Positions 1-14,028 of a DNA stretch of 64,000 nt are shown one piece after another. The notes below the pieces were generated by a model, which saw only the letters and a program-made list of their open reading frames with translations, had not been told where the DNA came from and did no database searches. The DNA lies in assembly GCF_009914755.1 (NCBI RefSeq), contig NC_060929.1; one strand, written 5' to 3'. This DNA comes from the human T2T-CHM13v2.0 reference genome, Homo sapiens. The number at the start of each line of letters is the position of its first letter. The first letter of the stretch is position 1. The position numbers were made by a program, and so were the translations under genes.

Positions 1-29
1 CAAAGACAGATGGTTCAGCTGGGAGTAAT

Positions 30-335
30 CTTCTCTGACTTTCTTCATTTTCACTTCTTCCTCCTTAAAATACAGATGAGATAGCTGAGCTCTGGAAACT
101 GTCCTGGACCATGAGGTGACCTTGTAAATGTTCACATGCTAAGAATGGCAAAACAGAAGGTATCTAATAAGTGTTCACATGCTAAGGATGGCAGAACAAC
201 ATGATGGAGGAGACACGGGTCCTGATGATGTTGTGTGATTTGCACTAGGGCCTGGGACTGCTCTGCATGTCTATGTCACAAAGAAAGGAAAAAACTAGTT
301 TATTTAATTAAGTGGGGGTATTTTTTGCTTGTGGA
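30..335. mobile_element. Old ERVL-class LTR remnant (LTR33-like)
   Basis: Degenerate resemblance to recalled LTR33 motifs (GACCATGAGGTGAC, ATGCTAAGGATGGCAGAA, GGGTCCTGATGA). Boundaries approximate. Contains a 27-bp imperfect duplication (129-155 / 172-198). Confidence 0.4.
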
Positions 336-2733
336 AAAGGTGCTTTTTAACAAGTTAGTACAATTACTTATTACACACTTTTTTATTTTCCTGCTCCCAT
401 AGTCAGATTCATATAACTCAATTAGTACCCTAACTATGATATCGATTTTTTTTTTCACAACATGCTTTGTTTCTTCTCTTGGTCCTCTCTCACTCAAATA
501 TCACACTATTCCAATAGTTTCATCATTTATCCCTTCTATTTTCATCCTTCTCCACCTCCCTGCATGTGATTTTGGGAACACATTCATTTCCACTAACCTC
601 CACTCCAGGATGTGTTGGATAATTCAGAAATCATTAGAAGTTGTTTTCTTTCAAGACTATTTCCTTAACTTATATATCATTCAGTTATGAGCAGCTCATG
701 CTTCTTATCCATTTAAATTGTTTAACTGTTTTCCTCTCTTCTTCTTAACATTTGGTCTCACTTCTAAGTTTTTGTTTGGTTAAATCCTTTTATTTATTGC
801 TTTTTCTCAGATGGGACGAGAGGGTAATGTGTCTTGAAATCTTGCATCTTCACAGACAATCTCCTTTCATCCTGATGAGTTTGTAAGATGTTGTTTATAT
901 CTAAGATTCTTAGATTTTAATCCTTTTGTTTCAGTTGTCTGTAGATCCTCTCCACTGCCTTATAGCTTTAAAGTTTGTAAATAATGCAAATTTTTAATAA
1001 TTTCAAAATTCCTGTTCTTATAGTATTACTTTTATTTGTGGTTGTCACATTCCAATTTTGAAAATGAATTTAGATTCAAAGTTTATATACCTCTCCAAGA
1101 ATACTTTATTAGAGAATTTTTAATTTTTTCTCTGCAGTATCTCTATCAAAGTCATTTCATCTGCTTATTTTAATAAATCCTTTTTATAATGAACATTTTT
1201 TTCAAGTGCCTTATAATCCTTGGTTGTCCATTCATATTTAAGTGTAGGAGATATAAAGTTGATATTAAACTTTGTGTACATGGGATTGGTTTGAATAGTG
1301 GGCTTCACTTTAAGATGTGTGGGGGATGTTAGATATTTTTATTTCTAGACCCTAAAATGCTTTCTTCTGATTTGTTTTCTTTAGAGGAAAAATGTCCAGC
1401 ATCTTTTTTAGTAGGTAAAAATGTTGCTGGTATTATTTATGCATGGGGCAGAGATGAAGTAGCTGGGGTCTGATTACTACGCATATGAATTTGCAGTTAA
1501 TCTCCCTTTTCACTCCTATACGGGACCCACATTTCCTGCAATTCCTGAGCTCCAAACCTCTTCTTTTCAAATTCTCCAGAAAGTAAAGCTCCAAATTTCC
1601 CACCAATAATCTTCATTTCCTTATTTATGTTCAGACAACAAGTAGCTAGCAGATAACTTCTCTAGGAATAGAGAACTAGTGAATTCAATTCAAAGTTAGA
1701 TTATTCAAAATTATTTATGATTACTTGGCTGTTGTTCAGCATAATCTCTTCCTATTTGGAACATATAATATACTTTATTCAAAGTATGCATGTTTAAGGC
1801 TATCATTAGCCTTATGAAAATGGTTTCATTGGGCTATTAAGGCACATTGTATCACAAAAATAGGTCGAAATTGGACTATCTGTACATTTTCTTTCCAAAG
1901 ATAATTTTCATCATAACTGAAAATTCAAGTTAATCTAGTGAAAATTGAGTTTTCCTAGATTGCCTCCAATTCTATTCAAGAGTTATATTACAGCTACTAG
2001 TGATACCACAAGGGAAACAGTTCCTTGACTTGATCTGGAAATATAAGATTTAAATGGCTCCTTAGTTCTAAAAACAAAAAGGGTATGCCAATGCTCATAG
2101 CTGAAAGAGTCAACCACTTCCAGTTTTACGGTCAAACAGACAAAAGGGTAGGCAGGATTCTATGTCGTTTTAAGTTTTCAGATTGCTATCTACCTCGATT
2201 CACCACAATCAATTTTCATGATGAGGGTTTATCCTACCCTTACTAGACAAGTATTCATTTAGTTAAAAGGTTGTTAAGCTTCAATCAAGGAAAAAACAAC
2301 AAATACACTTATGATTGTGCCTTTATACTTTTTATTATTTTTCTGAAGCACTGTTACTATAGGATATTTGTATATCCTTTTTATTTCTTTTTCCTTTCTA
2401 AATAATTCAAGCTAAAGCTTCAGCTACTAGGCAATGTTTTTAATTGCATATTTGGCTACCAATGATCTTATTATACATGGTTAACTACAAATGGTACATT
2501 TTTGCATTGGTTTTAAATGTCCCTAATTCTTTGTGTGCCTCTTAATTGAGAAAGAAGTTTAGAGCTTAACGGGAGAGTTAGTGGAAAATATTCTTCTTCA
2601 GCCTTCCTAATCAAAGCACTTAACATGGACGTCATGTTTACTCTAAGGTAATTTATAAAAGAAATGAAAATGGGAAAAAAGGAAACCAAATAAACAGAAT
2701 CAACTAGTTTTAAAAATCTTTACTTTTAGCAAA

Positions 2734-3397
2734 TGTAGGAGTGGAAAGGTGCAATACCTTTCATCACCCATCGTAAGGGTCACAGCTGACACTCCTGTAA
2801 CAAAAGACAAGTTAACAGGGAAAAGCATAACAAATTTATTTAATCAACATTGTACATAACATGGAAGCCTTCAGAAATGAAGACTCAAAGACCTAGGAAA
2901 AACTGTCTACTTTTATGCTTAGGTTTGATGATAAATGGGCAGCTGTGTAGAAATGTGGTCATACAAAAGGGTATGATCTGACAGGGATAGACTGAGGTGG
3001 GACACCAGCAAGGCCTGCTGGTTCAGATTCTTCTTGGCCTCTCTGTGCAGCATTCTTTCCTCCTGGTGTGGCGCAAAACTCCTCTGGAATGAGGGTCTTA
3101 TAACCTAACTGTCAGACAAGTCAGCGAATTTCTTTATGGCCAGCTCTTACACAGAAAGGCAGGGAAAAGTTAGTGTTATATTTCCAGGTTTTATTCTGGC
3201 TTTGGGAGAGAGGAGTTCAAGTTTCCATGACCCTCCTCAAGGAAGAGGAATTCCAGTTCTATGGCTTTCTATGAAGGAGAAAGGAGGATGGGGGAAGGTT
3301 CCCAGGCTGCTTCTGAAGCCTTCCAATCTCTTTTAATTGAAAGTACTCAGCATGTCAAAGTGCTACACTTTAGGGTATTATGTTTTGAGCCCCAACA
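2734..3397 (-). mobile_element. Solo ERV1 LTR, MER39-like
   Basis: TG...CA termini (TGTAGG at 2734; CCCCAACA ending 3397) flanked by 4-bp TSD CAAA (2730-2733 / 3398-3401). The minus-strand start TGTTGGGGCTCAAAACATAATACCC matches the recalled MER39/MER34-group LTR start. Confidence 0.75.
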
Positions 3398-3939
3398 CAA
3401 AACAGTTGCGCTATCCAACCACTGATGTTACTGAAATAGTTGTAAATAATATTTAGAAAAACCCCTTTATAAACTCATAAACCAGAAAAGACACAGGCCA
3501 TCAAATACAATGGTGGCAAATCCAAAATACATTTCTTGTAATTTTTCTACCTACAAGCATAAAACTTTTATAATTGCATTTGCTTCCAAATACAAAGTTA
3601 TTTTTAGTATAAAGTTGAAACTCTGATTAATGAGTATGACTGAAACATACGACTAAATAGTCCCATTAAAGCACAAAGTAGTAACTGATGCTAGAAGAAG
3701 TTAAACTATAACTTGGCATAATGATTTACTTTGGATAATTCATTTCTTTGAATCATATATTTTAGGCCAGCAATGTTGATTGATTTCAACTAAGCCTAGA
3801 AATTCCAGCAATGTTAAAATGTTTTCTGTGGCCAGTGTATTGTGTTAAATGAAAATATCCTGTGCTTCTTAGGAGAAGGAATGTGTAGAAGAAAAGAGTT
3901 AGAGAAGTATAGGAGAAAGGAGGAAACATATAGGGATCT

Positions 3940-4110
3940 ACTTTATGCCAAATCCTTTGAATATGTTATCTTGCCACTGACAAAATTCCTGTGAAGTTGA
4001 TAATAGAGGCCCTTTTAGATAAATGGGAATATTGAGAATCAGAAAAGTTGCCTTAAAAACACAATGAACAATTGGTTAAAATAAGATTTTAAAATATGTT
4101 TGTTTGATTT
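3940..4110 (-). mobile_element. MIR SINE fragment
   Basis: Degenerate MIR core (TTTTAGATAAATGGGAATATTGAGAATCAGAAAAGTT). Confidence 0.45.
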
Positions 4111-5294
4111 CAAAATCCTAGTAATTTTTACTAGGTATAAAAATATAATTAATGGACATTAAACACAATGGAAATTTAAAAACCCAATTTAGTTTATGAG
4201 ACTTAAATTCTGTTTGGCTGTTTCCTGAGCTCTGTGTCTCCCAAAAGCAATATCCACACCAAGTTTCTGCTGGAAATTTTCTGGAAAAAATATCAGATAT
4301 GATCATTGCATGGGGAACTCTGTTCCAGATGCTAGTCAATTCTTGTAAATTAATAGTTGTATTTGCAGTTTCATTATCATTTCCTTACATAATTTTAAAC
4401 TACATCTAACTTAATTTTTAACATATACAGTTTGAAAATAAAATAAAACTTAAGTGCTCTTAATAAAAAGTAGCAATGCCATGTAGTACCCTTTATATAT
4501 GTTTTCTAAAAATCACCACTTAACATTTTCATATTTTGAGCTGCTATTAAGAATACATTTCTTACTCTAAAAATATTGATGTGACACCATTACTGACATA
4601 TAAATTTGAGAAATTCTCTATTAAATTTCTACATTGAAAGATAAATATTAGTTTACCAATGTCCCATATTTCCTCTTCCCAATTTTAGTTAGCTATTATT
4701 TCGTTCTTCTAATGATTATTTTGGATATACAAATATGTTAATCTCAGTTTATCATTAGATCAGCTTTTGAAAGTATCAATTTTTATATTACATGAAACTA
4801 CAAGCATGAAACTACAAACTATCTTAATATCCACTTTTTTCTTTCTCCTTGTGTTTTCTTTCACTTGCACTTCTATTAGTACATTGAAAAAGTTAAGAAT
4901 ATTTTATTTGTAGTTAAAAATAATACCATTATTAAAAGTTTTGCTATATAAATATAATTCACAAAAAAATTAGGTAATAAGCTATGATTTGTCTAAGGTC
5001 AAATGTAATAACCATAATTCTATCCAAATGAAAACATTCCTAATAAACAGACTAATGTATTTAACATTTCTTACATTATACAAATTTCTCAAAATAAAAT
5101 CATATTTTGGGTTGCTTTATATTATAGTATGATTATATGAGTTTCTTTTCCAGGATTTTATTATTGCCTTTTTTATTGTTCTTGAGAGAAAAAAATCCTT
5201 TTTCTACTTTACCACTAATATTATTCAGCATCCTGATTTTATAAAATCCATTCTATTGAAATAGAAGGCAATCTATATGAAACCAACTGATTTA

Positions 5295-8200
5295 TTATTT
5301 ATTTTTATGGAAATTTTTAAAATTTTTATGAGTACATAGTAGATGTATATATTTATAGTGCACACAAGATATTTTGATACAAGTATACAATGTGTAGTAA
5401 TGACATCAGGGTAATTGAAGTACCCATCACCTCAAGCTTTTATCGTTTTATGTGTCAGGAACATTCTAATTCCACTTTTAGTTATTTGTATATATACAGT
5501 AAATTATTGTTGACTATAATCACCCTATTGTGTTTCCAAAAAATAGATCTTATTCATTATATCTATGTTTTTGTACCCATTAACCATTGCTACTTCCCAC
5601 AAACCTCACTGCAACCTCCTACACTTTCTAGCTTCTGGTCACCATCATTCTACTCTCTATCTTCATGAGTTCAACTGCTTTAATTTTTAGCTCCCACATA
5701 TGAGTGAGAACATGTGAAAATGGTTTTTGTATGTCTACCTTATTTCACTTAACTAAATGTCCTCCAGTTCCATCAATATGGTTGTGAATTATAGGATTTT
5801 GTTCTTTTTTATGGCTCAGTAACATTCCATTGTGTATATGTACCACATTTTATTTATCCATGTATCTGTTGATGGGCATATGTTGCTTCCAAATCTTGGC
5901 TATTGTGAATAGTGCTGTGACAGACATGAGAGCGCAGATATCTCTTTCATATAATTTTGTTTCTTTTGGGTATACACCTAACAGTGGGAATGTTGGATCA
6001 TATGTTAGTTCCATTTATAGTGTTTTGAGGACTGTCTGTACTATTCTCCATAGTGGCTATAATAGTTTACATTCCTACCAACATTGTACGAGGGTTCCCC
6101 TTTATCTACATGCTTGCCAGCATTCATTTTTGCCTGTCTTTTAGATAAAAAATAATTTTAACTGGAGTAAGAGGGTATCTCATTGTAATATTGATTTGCA
6201 TTTCTCTGATGAGCACTGGTGTTCAGTATGTTTTCATATACCCGTTTGCCATTTGTATGTCTGCTTTTGAGAACTATCTATTCAGATGTTTCACTCATTT
6301 TAAATCAGATTATTAGATTTTTTCCTCAAGTTGTTTGAGATCCTTACATATTCTGATTATTAGCCTCTTGTCAGATGGATAGTTTTCAAATGTTTTCTCC
6401 CACTTTGTTCGTTGTCTATTTACTTCACTGATTGTTTTCTTTGCTATGCAGAAGCTTTTTAACTTGATCTGATCTCATTTATCCATTTTTGCTGTGGTTA
6501 CCTGTGAGTTTGAGGTATTACTCAAGATATCTTTGTCCAGACCAAAGTCGCAGAGAACTTCCCCAAAGTTTTCTTTTAGTAGTTTCAAAGCCTGAGGTCA
6601 TAGATGTAAGTCTTTAATCCATTTTCTTTTGCTTTTGTATATGGCAAGAGATAAGGGTCTGATTTCACTCGTCTGCATATGGACAGCCAGTTTCCTCAGT
6701 ATGATTTATTGAAGACACTGTCCTTTTACCAATGTATGTCCTGGGCAACTTTGTTGAAAATGAGTTCCCTGGAGTATTAATAGTATGGATTTATTTCTAG
6801 GTACTCTATTCTGTCCCATTGGTCTATGTGTCTAGAGTGTTTATGCCAGTACCATACTGTTTTGTTTACTATATTTCTGCAATATAATTTGAAGTGAGGT
6901 AAAGTGATTTTTCCAGTTTTGTTCTTTTTGATCAAAATGGCTTTGGCTATTCTGGGTCTTTCGTGGTTCCATATAAAGTTTCAGATTATATTTTCTATAT
7001 CTGTGAAAAATATAATTGGTATTTTCATAAGGATTGCATTGAAGCCATAGACTGTTTTGGGGTGTGGGCATTCAAATAATATTGATTTTTCTAATCCATA
7101 AACATAGAATATTTTTCTTTGTGTTTGTGTGTCTTCTTCAATTTATTGCATCAATATTTTATGATTTTCATTATAGAGATCTTTCACTGTTTTATTACCA
7201 GGTATTTTACTTTATTTGTATCTATTGTAAATTGGACTACTTTCTTGATTCCTTTTACAGATTCTTCACTGTTGGCATACAGAAATGCTACTGATTTTTG
7301 TGTATTGATTTCATATTTTCTAAATTTACTGAATTAATCAGTTCTGTTTTTCTTGTGTGTGTGTGGAGTCTTTAAGTTTTTCCAAATATAAGATCATATC
7401 ATTTGCAAAGAAGGATAATTTAACTTCTTCCTTTCTAATGCCCTTTTTTCTCTTGTCTGATTGCTGGACTTCTATTACTTTGTTGAATAACAGTGGTGAA
7501 AGTGGGCATCCTTGTCTTGTTCCAGGTCTTAGACCACAGGGGTGTCCAATCTTTTGGCTTTCCTGGGCCACACTGGAAGAAAAAGAATTGTCTTGGGCCA
7601 CACATAAAATACACTAACAAATAGCTGATGAGCTAAAAAAAAAAAATCAGAAAAAAGTATCATAATGTTTTAAGAAAGTTTAAAGATTTGTATTGGGCCA
7701 TATTCAAAGTTGTCCTGGCCCACATGAGGCCCAGAGGCTGTGGGTTGGACAAGCTTGTCTTAGAGGAAAGGCTTTCCATTTTTCTCCATTTAATATGATA
7801 CTAGCTATGGGTCTGTCACATGTAGCTTTTATTGCATTGAGGTATGTTTCTTCTATAATCAGGATTTTTAGAATTTTTATCATGAAGTGATATTGAATGT
7901 TATCAAATGCCTTTTTCAGCATCAATTGAAATATCATTTTTTGTCCTTCATTCTGTGGATATGATGTATCACATTAATTGATCTGCATATGTTGAACCAT
8001 CCTTCTGTCTCTGAGACAAATCCCACTTGGTCATGAGTCATAATCTTTTTAATGCATTGTTGAATTCAGTCAGGTAATATTTTGTTGAGGATTTTTGCAT
8101 CAATGTTCATTAGAGGTATTGGCCTGTAGCTTTCTGATTTCAGTGTTTCTTTGTCTGGTTTTGATATCTGGGTAATACTGGCCTGGATGAATGAGTTTGG

Positions 8201-11200
8201 AAATATTGCCTTATCCTCTATTTTTCAGAATAGTTTGAGTAGGATTGGTTTTAATTCTTCTTTAAATGTTTTGAAACTCAGCAGTGAAGCCAGCAGGTCC
8301 ATAGCTTTCTTTTGATAGGGGACTTTTTATTATGACTTGGAGCTCATTATTTTTAATTGGCCCATTTGGGTTTTGAATTTCTTTTCGTTTCAATCTTGGT
8401 AGTTTGTATGTGTCTAGAAATTTATTCATTTCTTCTAGATGTTCAAATTTATTGGCATATAGTTTCTCATAATAGTTTCTAATGATCCTTTGATTTTCTG
8501 TGGTATCAGTTGTAATGTCTCTTTTTCCATTTCTGATTTTATTTATTTGGGTCTTCTCTCTTTTGTTCTTAGTCTGGCTAAAGGTTTGTTGACTTTATCT
8601 TTTTTAAAAAACCAACATTTTGTTCACTGATTTTTTATATTTTTATTTTTAATTTTATTTATTTCTGCTCTGATATTATTTCTTTTTTCCTACTAATTTT
8701 GGTTTATGTCTGTCTGCTTTTCTAGTTCTTTAAGATGTATCAGTAACTTGTTTATTTGAAGTTTTTCTACTTTTTTAATGTGTGCACTTATTGCTATAAA
8801 TTTGGCTGTTAGGACTGCTTGTCTCATATCTCATATGTTTTGGTATGTTGTATTTCCATTTTCATTTCTTTCAAGAAATTTTTAATTTCCTTCTTAATTT
8901 CTTCATTGACCCACTGGTCATTCAGGAACATATTGTTTAATATCCATGCATTTATATAGTTTCCAAAGTTTCTCTTTTTAGTGATTGTTATTTTTTTCCA
9001 TTGTGTACAGAAAAGAGACTTGATACGATTTCAACATTTTTGAAATTTTTAAGTCTTCTTTCATGGCCTAATATATGGTCTACCTCTGCGAATAATCCAT
9101 GTGCTGAGAAAAATGTTTTATTTTGGCAGCTCTTGGATGAAATGTTCTATAAATATCTATGAGGTCCATTTGGCCTAGAGTGCAGATTAAGCTTGGTGTT
9201 TGATTTTCCGACTGTACTGTTCAGTCAGACATGTAACAGCATCTATCCAATGCTGAAAGTAGGGTGTTGACTATCTCCAGCTATTATTGTATTGGCGTCT
9301 ATCTCTCTCTTTAGCTCTAATAACATTTGCTTTATATATTTAGGTGCTCAAGCGTTGGGTGCATATATATTGACAATTATTATATCCTATTGCTGAATTG
9401 TTCCCTTTATCATTATTTAAAAAGATATAAGGTCATTATAATTTTTGCCTTGAAATATATTTTGTCTGGTGTAAGTATAGCTACTCACGACCTTTTTTTG
9501 TTTCAATTTGCTTGGAATAACTTTTTCTATGCCTTTATCTTCAGTCTGTGTACATCTTTATAGGTGAAGTACATTTCTTATAGGCAGAAGATACTTGGTT
9601 CTTATTTTTTTTAGCCATTCAGTTACTCTATATGTTTTGATTGGAGAGTTCAGTTTATTTATATTTAATGTTATTGACAAGTAAGGCCTTACTATTGCAA
9701 TTCTGTTATTTGTTTTCTACTTGTTTTGTGTTCTTCTTTTCCTTCCTTCCTGTCTTCCTTTTTGTGAAACTGATTTTCTCTGGTGGTATGTTTTAATTTC
9801 TTGCTTTTCATTTTTTGTGTACCTATTGTAGATTTTTTGATTTGAGGTTACCATGAGGCTTGCAAGTAACACCTTATAAGCCATTATTTTAAACTGATGA
9901 CAAAAACAAACTCTGATTGCAAAAACAAACAAAGAAGCAAAGAGAAAACTAAAAAACTGCACTTTAACTTCATCCCTTCCACTTTTTAACTTCTTGTCAT
10001 TTCTATTTATGTCCTATTATACTCTATGTCTTAAAAAGTTGTAGTTATTATTTTTGATAGGTTTATCTTTTAGCCTTCCTATTCAAGATACTAACACCAC
10101 AGTTAGTGTTTTAATATTCTGTATTTGTCTGTATTCTTACTCTTACCAGTGAGTTTTGTTCATCAGATGATATTTTATTGCTCGTTAATGTTTTTTTTTA
10201 AAACTGAAGAACTCCCTTTTGCTTTTCTTGTAGGACAGATCTGGTGTTGATGAAATCCCTCAGATTTTATTTGTCTAGGGAAGTGTTTATTTTTCTTTCA
10301 TGTTTGAGGTATAGTTTCCCCGGATATAATATTGTAGGATAAAAGGTTTTGTTTTATTGTTTTTACCTTCAGCCTTTTTCCCCCCTCTAAGTTTAAATAT
10401 GGCATGCCACTCTCTCTTGGCTTGTAAGGTTTCCACTAAGTCTGCTGCCAGAAGTATTGGAGCTCCTTTATATGTTGTTTCTTTTCTCTTGTTGCTTTAG
10501 GATTATTTCTTTATTGTTGATATTGGGAGTTTGATTATTAAATATCTTGAGGTAGTCTTATTTGGGTTAAGTACTTGGTGTTCTATAACCTTTGTTACTT
10601 GAAGATATATTTCTCCTGGTTTGGAAAGTTCTCTGCTATCATTTCTTTAAATAAACTTTCCATCTTTATCGCTCTACCTCTTTGAGGTCAATTGCCCTTT
10701 TGAGCCTGTTTTCTACATCTTGTAGACATACTTTCTTCTTTTTTGTCATCTGACTGTATATTTTCATATACCCTGTCTTCAAGCTCCCTAATTCTTTCTT
10801 CTCTTTGGTCAATTCTGCTGTTGAGAGACTCTGATGCATTTTTCAGTGTGCCAGTTGAATTTTTCAGCTCCAGAATTTCTGCTTGATTTTTTTTTTATTA
10901 TTTCAATCTCTTTGTTAAATTTCTCTGATAGGATTCTGAATTCCTTCCCTCTCTTTCTCTTTTTTTTTTTTTTTTTTTAATATTGAGCTTCCTCAAAACC
11001 ACTCTTTTGAGTTTTCTCTCTGAAAGGTCACATATCTTTGTCAGCTCAACGGTGGTCACTGGTTCCTTATTTAGTTCATTTGGTGAGATTATGTTTTTCT
11101 GGATGGTCTTTATGCTTGTGGATGTTTATTGGTGTCTGGGCCTTGATGAGTTATGTATTTATTCTAATCTTCACAGTCTGAAGTTGTTTGTACCCATCCA

Positions 11201-12845
11201 TCTTGAGAAGGCTTTTCCAAGTATTCAAAGGAAATTCACTGTTGTGATCTAAGTCTTCAGTCACTGCAGCTGTGTCTGCATTATGGGGCTTCCAAGCCCA
11301 GTAACACTCTGACTCTTGCAGACTTATAGAAGTACTGTCTCCATGGACTTGTGTATGATCTGGGAGAAATTTGTGGATTACCAGGCAGAGTCTCTAGTTA
11401 TCTTCCCTTAATTTTCCTCAAACAAATGGAGTCTCTGTCTCTCCCTCTCTGTTCTGAGCTGCTTGGAGTTACAGGGAGGGTGACACAAGCACTTTTTTGG
11501 CCACCACCACTGGATCGGTGCAGGGAATTCCTGACGCCAGTACAGTACTGGGTGTCACCCAAAGTTTGTGGCAATTATTGCCTGGCTGCTGATGTTTATT
11601 TAAGGCATAAGAGCCTTTTAGTAATCAGGTAGTGAATCCTGACAGGCCTGGGGTCTTTGCCTTCAGGGCAGGAAGTTCTCTGCTCACCCAGGGTGGGTCT
11701 AGAAATGGTGTCCATAAGCTAAGACCTGGAATCAGGAGCTTTAGGACTCTGCTTGGTGCTTTATGACTGCTTGGTGCTTTATTTTACTGTGGTTGAGCTG
11801 GTACCCAAGTTGCAAGACAAAGACCTCTGTACTTTTCCCTATTTTTTATTCAAGCAGAAGGTGACTATCCCGATGGATACCACTGCCCCATCCCCATGGT
11901 GACTACTGTCTGGCTAACACTGATACCTATTCAAGGCCCAAGGGCTGTTTAGTCAGCAGGTGGTGAATCCTGCCAAGCCTGTGCCTCTCCCTTTAGGGCA
12001 ATGGGTTCCCTTCTGGCCCAGGTCAGGTCTAAAAATATCACCTGGGATCTAGAGCCTGGAATGAGGGCTTCAGGACTCTGCTTGATGCTTTGTTTTACTG
12101 TGGCTGAGCTAGCATCCAAGTTGCAGACAATGTCCTCTTCACTCTTCCCGTTCCTTTCCTCAAGCAGAAAGACTCTCTGCCAGAGCTGCAGGAAGTACTT
12201 CCTGGGACTGAGGGAGGGGTGATGCAAGTATTCCCTGTGCCACCCCAGCTGGTGTCTCACTGGGCCACATGCACCCTAAGTCCTCTGGCTCTGAGCCTAG
12301 CACAGCACCAGGACTTGCCTAGGAATTATAGCTCTTGTGGTCTAGACTGCCTTTCAGATTTATTTAGGACCCTATCATCCTTTAGCCTGTGGTGGTGGGG
12401 CTTACCAGAATTCAGTTTCCAGCCACTGGGATGGACAAATCCTCTCTGGCTAGGGCAGGTCTAAATGCTCCTTCTGTGGGTGCTGGCCAAATTCTGCCCT
12501 GTGTTGCTTTCCACTGTGAGAGGGCAGCACTAAGTTCCAATGCAAAGTCCCACAATCACTGAGCTCTTCCTGTCCCAAGCACACAAGTTATTGTTTAATG
12601 CCATATGGCCACTGCTATGGGACAGAGAAAGGGTAGTGTAGGCTATTCAAGCTGTCTTTTCTATCCTTTTCAATGTATCTTTGTTTGATATAATGTCAAA
12701 ATCAGGTACTATGATCACTCACTTGATTTTTGGTTCTCGTGAAGGTGCTTCCTTGTGTGGAGAGTTGTTCAATTTGTTGTTCCTGTGGGGGCAGGGGGAA
12801 ACAATTGCCAGAAGGGGTTGTACTTGCTCATCTTGCTCTGATCCT
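5295..12845 (-). mobile_element. Near full-length old LINE-1 (L1MA2/3-like), degenerate
   Basis: T-rich tail and L1MA-type 3'UTR at ~5295-5800. ORF2 remnants on minus ([36 protein letters not shown]). ORF1 remnant ~10150-11080, long 5'UTR, and a GAGCAAGATG-like 5' terminus at ~12830-12840. Confidence 0.85.
7537..7757 (+). mobile_element. MER30 non-autonomous hAT DNA transposon inserted in L1MA ORF2
   Basis: Starts CAGGGGTGTCCAATCTTTTGG, ends GGGTTGGACAAGCTTG, with a central A-tract. 8-bp TSD TCTTAGAC (7527-7534) / TCTTAGAG (7758-7765). L1 sequence resumes colinearly on both sides. Confidence 0.9.
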
Positions 12846-13112
12846 TTATTTGCTTTCTTGTTTAGATTGATTGTCAGTTTGTATGTGTTTATTTTTGTAA
12901 TATGAATATATTTGTGTTTCTATAGACCTCCATATCTCTACTCATCCCATTCCTTTTCCTAATTTATCTTGAGTATATCATTAGTTTTATATTTCCAAGG
13001 TTTAATACACTTGCCTTCATTCAGTAATAACAAAAGAATATATTTATAGCTTTATACTTTTAAGCTATAATTAACAACAATAATTTTCAGGAGATATTTT
13101 CTTTGGTTACGG

Positions 13113-13567
13113 TGTGAGAAAACATTTTAAATGCTCTATTTTCAAGGAATGATGAATCTAAGTACTGGCAGCCAGCCTGCAGATGTGACAAACCACACAG
13201 TTCATGCACCTAGAAAGTCATGAAACATGAACAGGATGTGGAAAAGGGGTCAGGCTATAAAAAGGAAGAAAGTTTTGTTATTGGGAAATCAAAACTTAAG
13301 CAGGGAAGGGGATGGGGTATGACCTTACGAGGGGATAATGAAACTTAGGCAACATCCAGGAAGATTGTAATCCCATAGTACTCGACCAATGAGGAACTGG
13401 GGGAGGGATGTGCATGCCAGGAGATAAATTACCTGCTGTGACTGCCCTGGGTGTGCCTGCCTACCAGACACCCAAACTTGCAAGACTGCCATTAAAAGTC
13501 TCATTTCCGCTGTTCCTTGTCTCTAAGTCCATTCTTTGGGTTTGGACAGGTGAATGTGTTTCTCGCA
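13113..13567 (+). repeat. 5' LTR (455 bp, LTR71-like)
   Basis: TGTGAGAAAACATTTT...TTTCTCGCA. CCAAT at 13386-13390, TATA-like GATAAAT at 13423-13429, ATTAAA poly(A) signal at 13491-13496. Direct repeat of 27277-27734. Confidence 0.92.
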
Positions 13568-13571
13568 AACT

Positions 13572-13589
13572 TGGGGGCTCATGTGGGAT
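13572..13589 (+). promoter_or_regulatory. Primer-binding site complementary to tRNA-Pro
   Basis: TGGGGGCTCATGTGGGAT versus canonical PBS-Pro TGGGGGCTCGTCCGGGAT: 15/18 match, two of the changes at CpGs. Separated from the LTR end by a 4-nt spacer. Confidence 0.88.
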
Positions 13590-14028
13590 ATGTGTGCCTG
13601 TGTGGAGTGGGATTCCAGCTGAGAGGGAAGACATGTCTCACCTGATTTTAGGTGGCTCACCTTGTCCAGGCATCTTGGCTCCCCACAGAGGCCATAGACA
13701 AACCTGAGACTGTTACTCAGAAGGGAGTGGAGGCAACACAAGCAGAAAAGCAGGCATTGTAGCAAGCAGGCAACCTTGTGCATGAGCCAAGGTAGGAAAA
13801 TTGGACTATCAGTACTGCCTTGGTGGTTGGGCATTTTCGGAGGTTGAGTGTATGTGACTGAGATGTATCTTAGACATGAAGCGAGTGCGGAGTCCCAATC
13901 CGTGGTTCTGTTCTCCTGCGAGGGAAGCTGCCAGAGATGGACAAAGCAAATCTTGGGGTGTGCAAGAAACCTCCAGTAGTGTGGATTGAATACACAGGGA
14001 AAAGCTCAGACATAGAGACTGACTGAAA

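Noticed and set aside
129-198. Spaced 27-bp direct repeats resembling a CRISPR unit
   Set aside because: Only two imperfect copies inside an old LTR in eukaryotic DNA, with no cas genes.
5285-12855. TSD for the old L1MA (CTGATTTTATTATTT versus CTGATCCTTTATTT)
   Set aside because: The similarity is low-complexity and overlaps the element ends, so it cannot be called.
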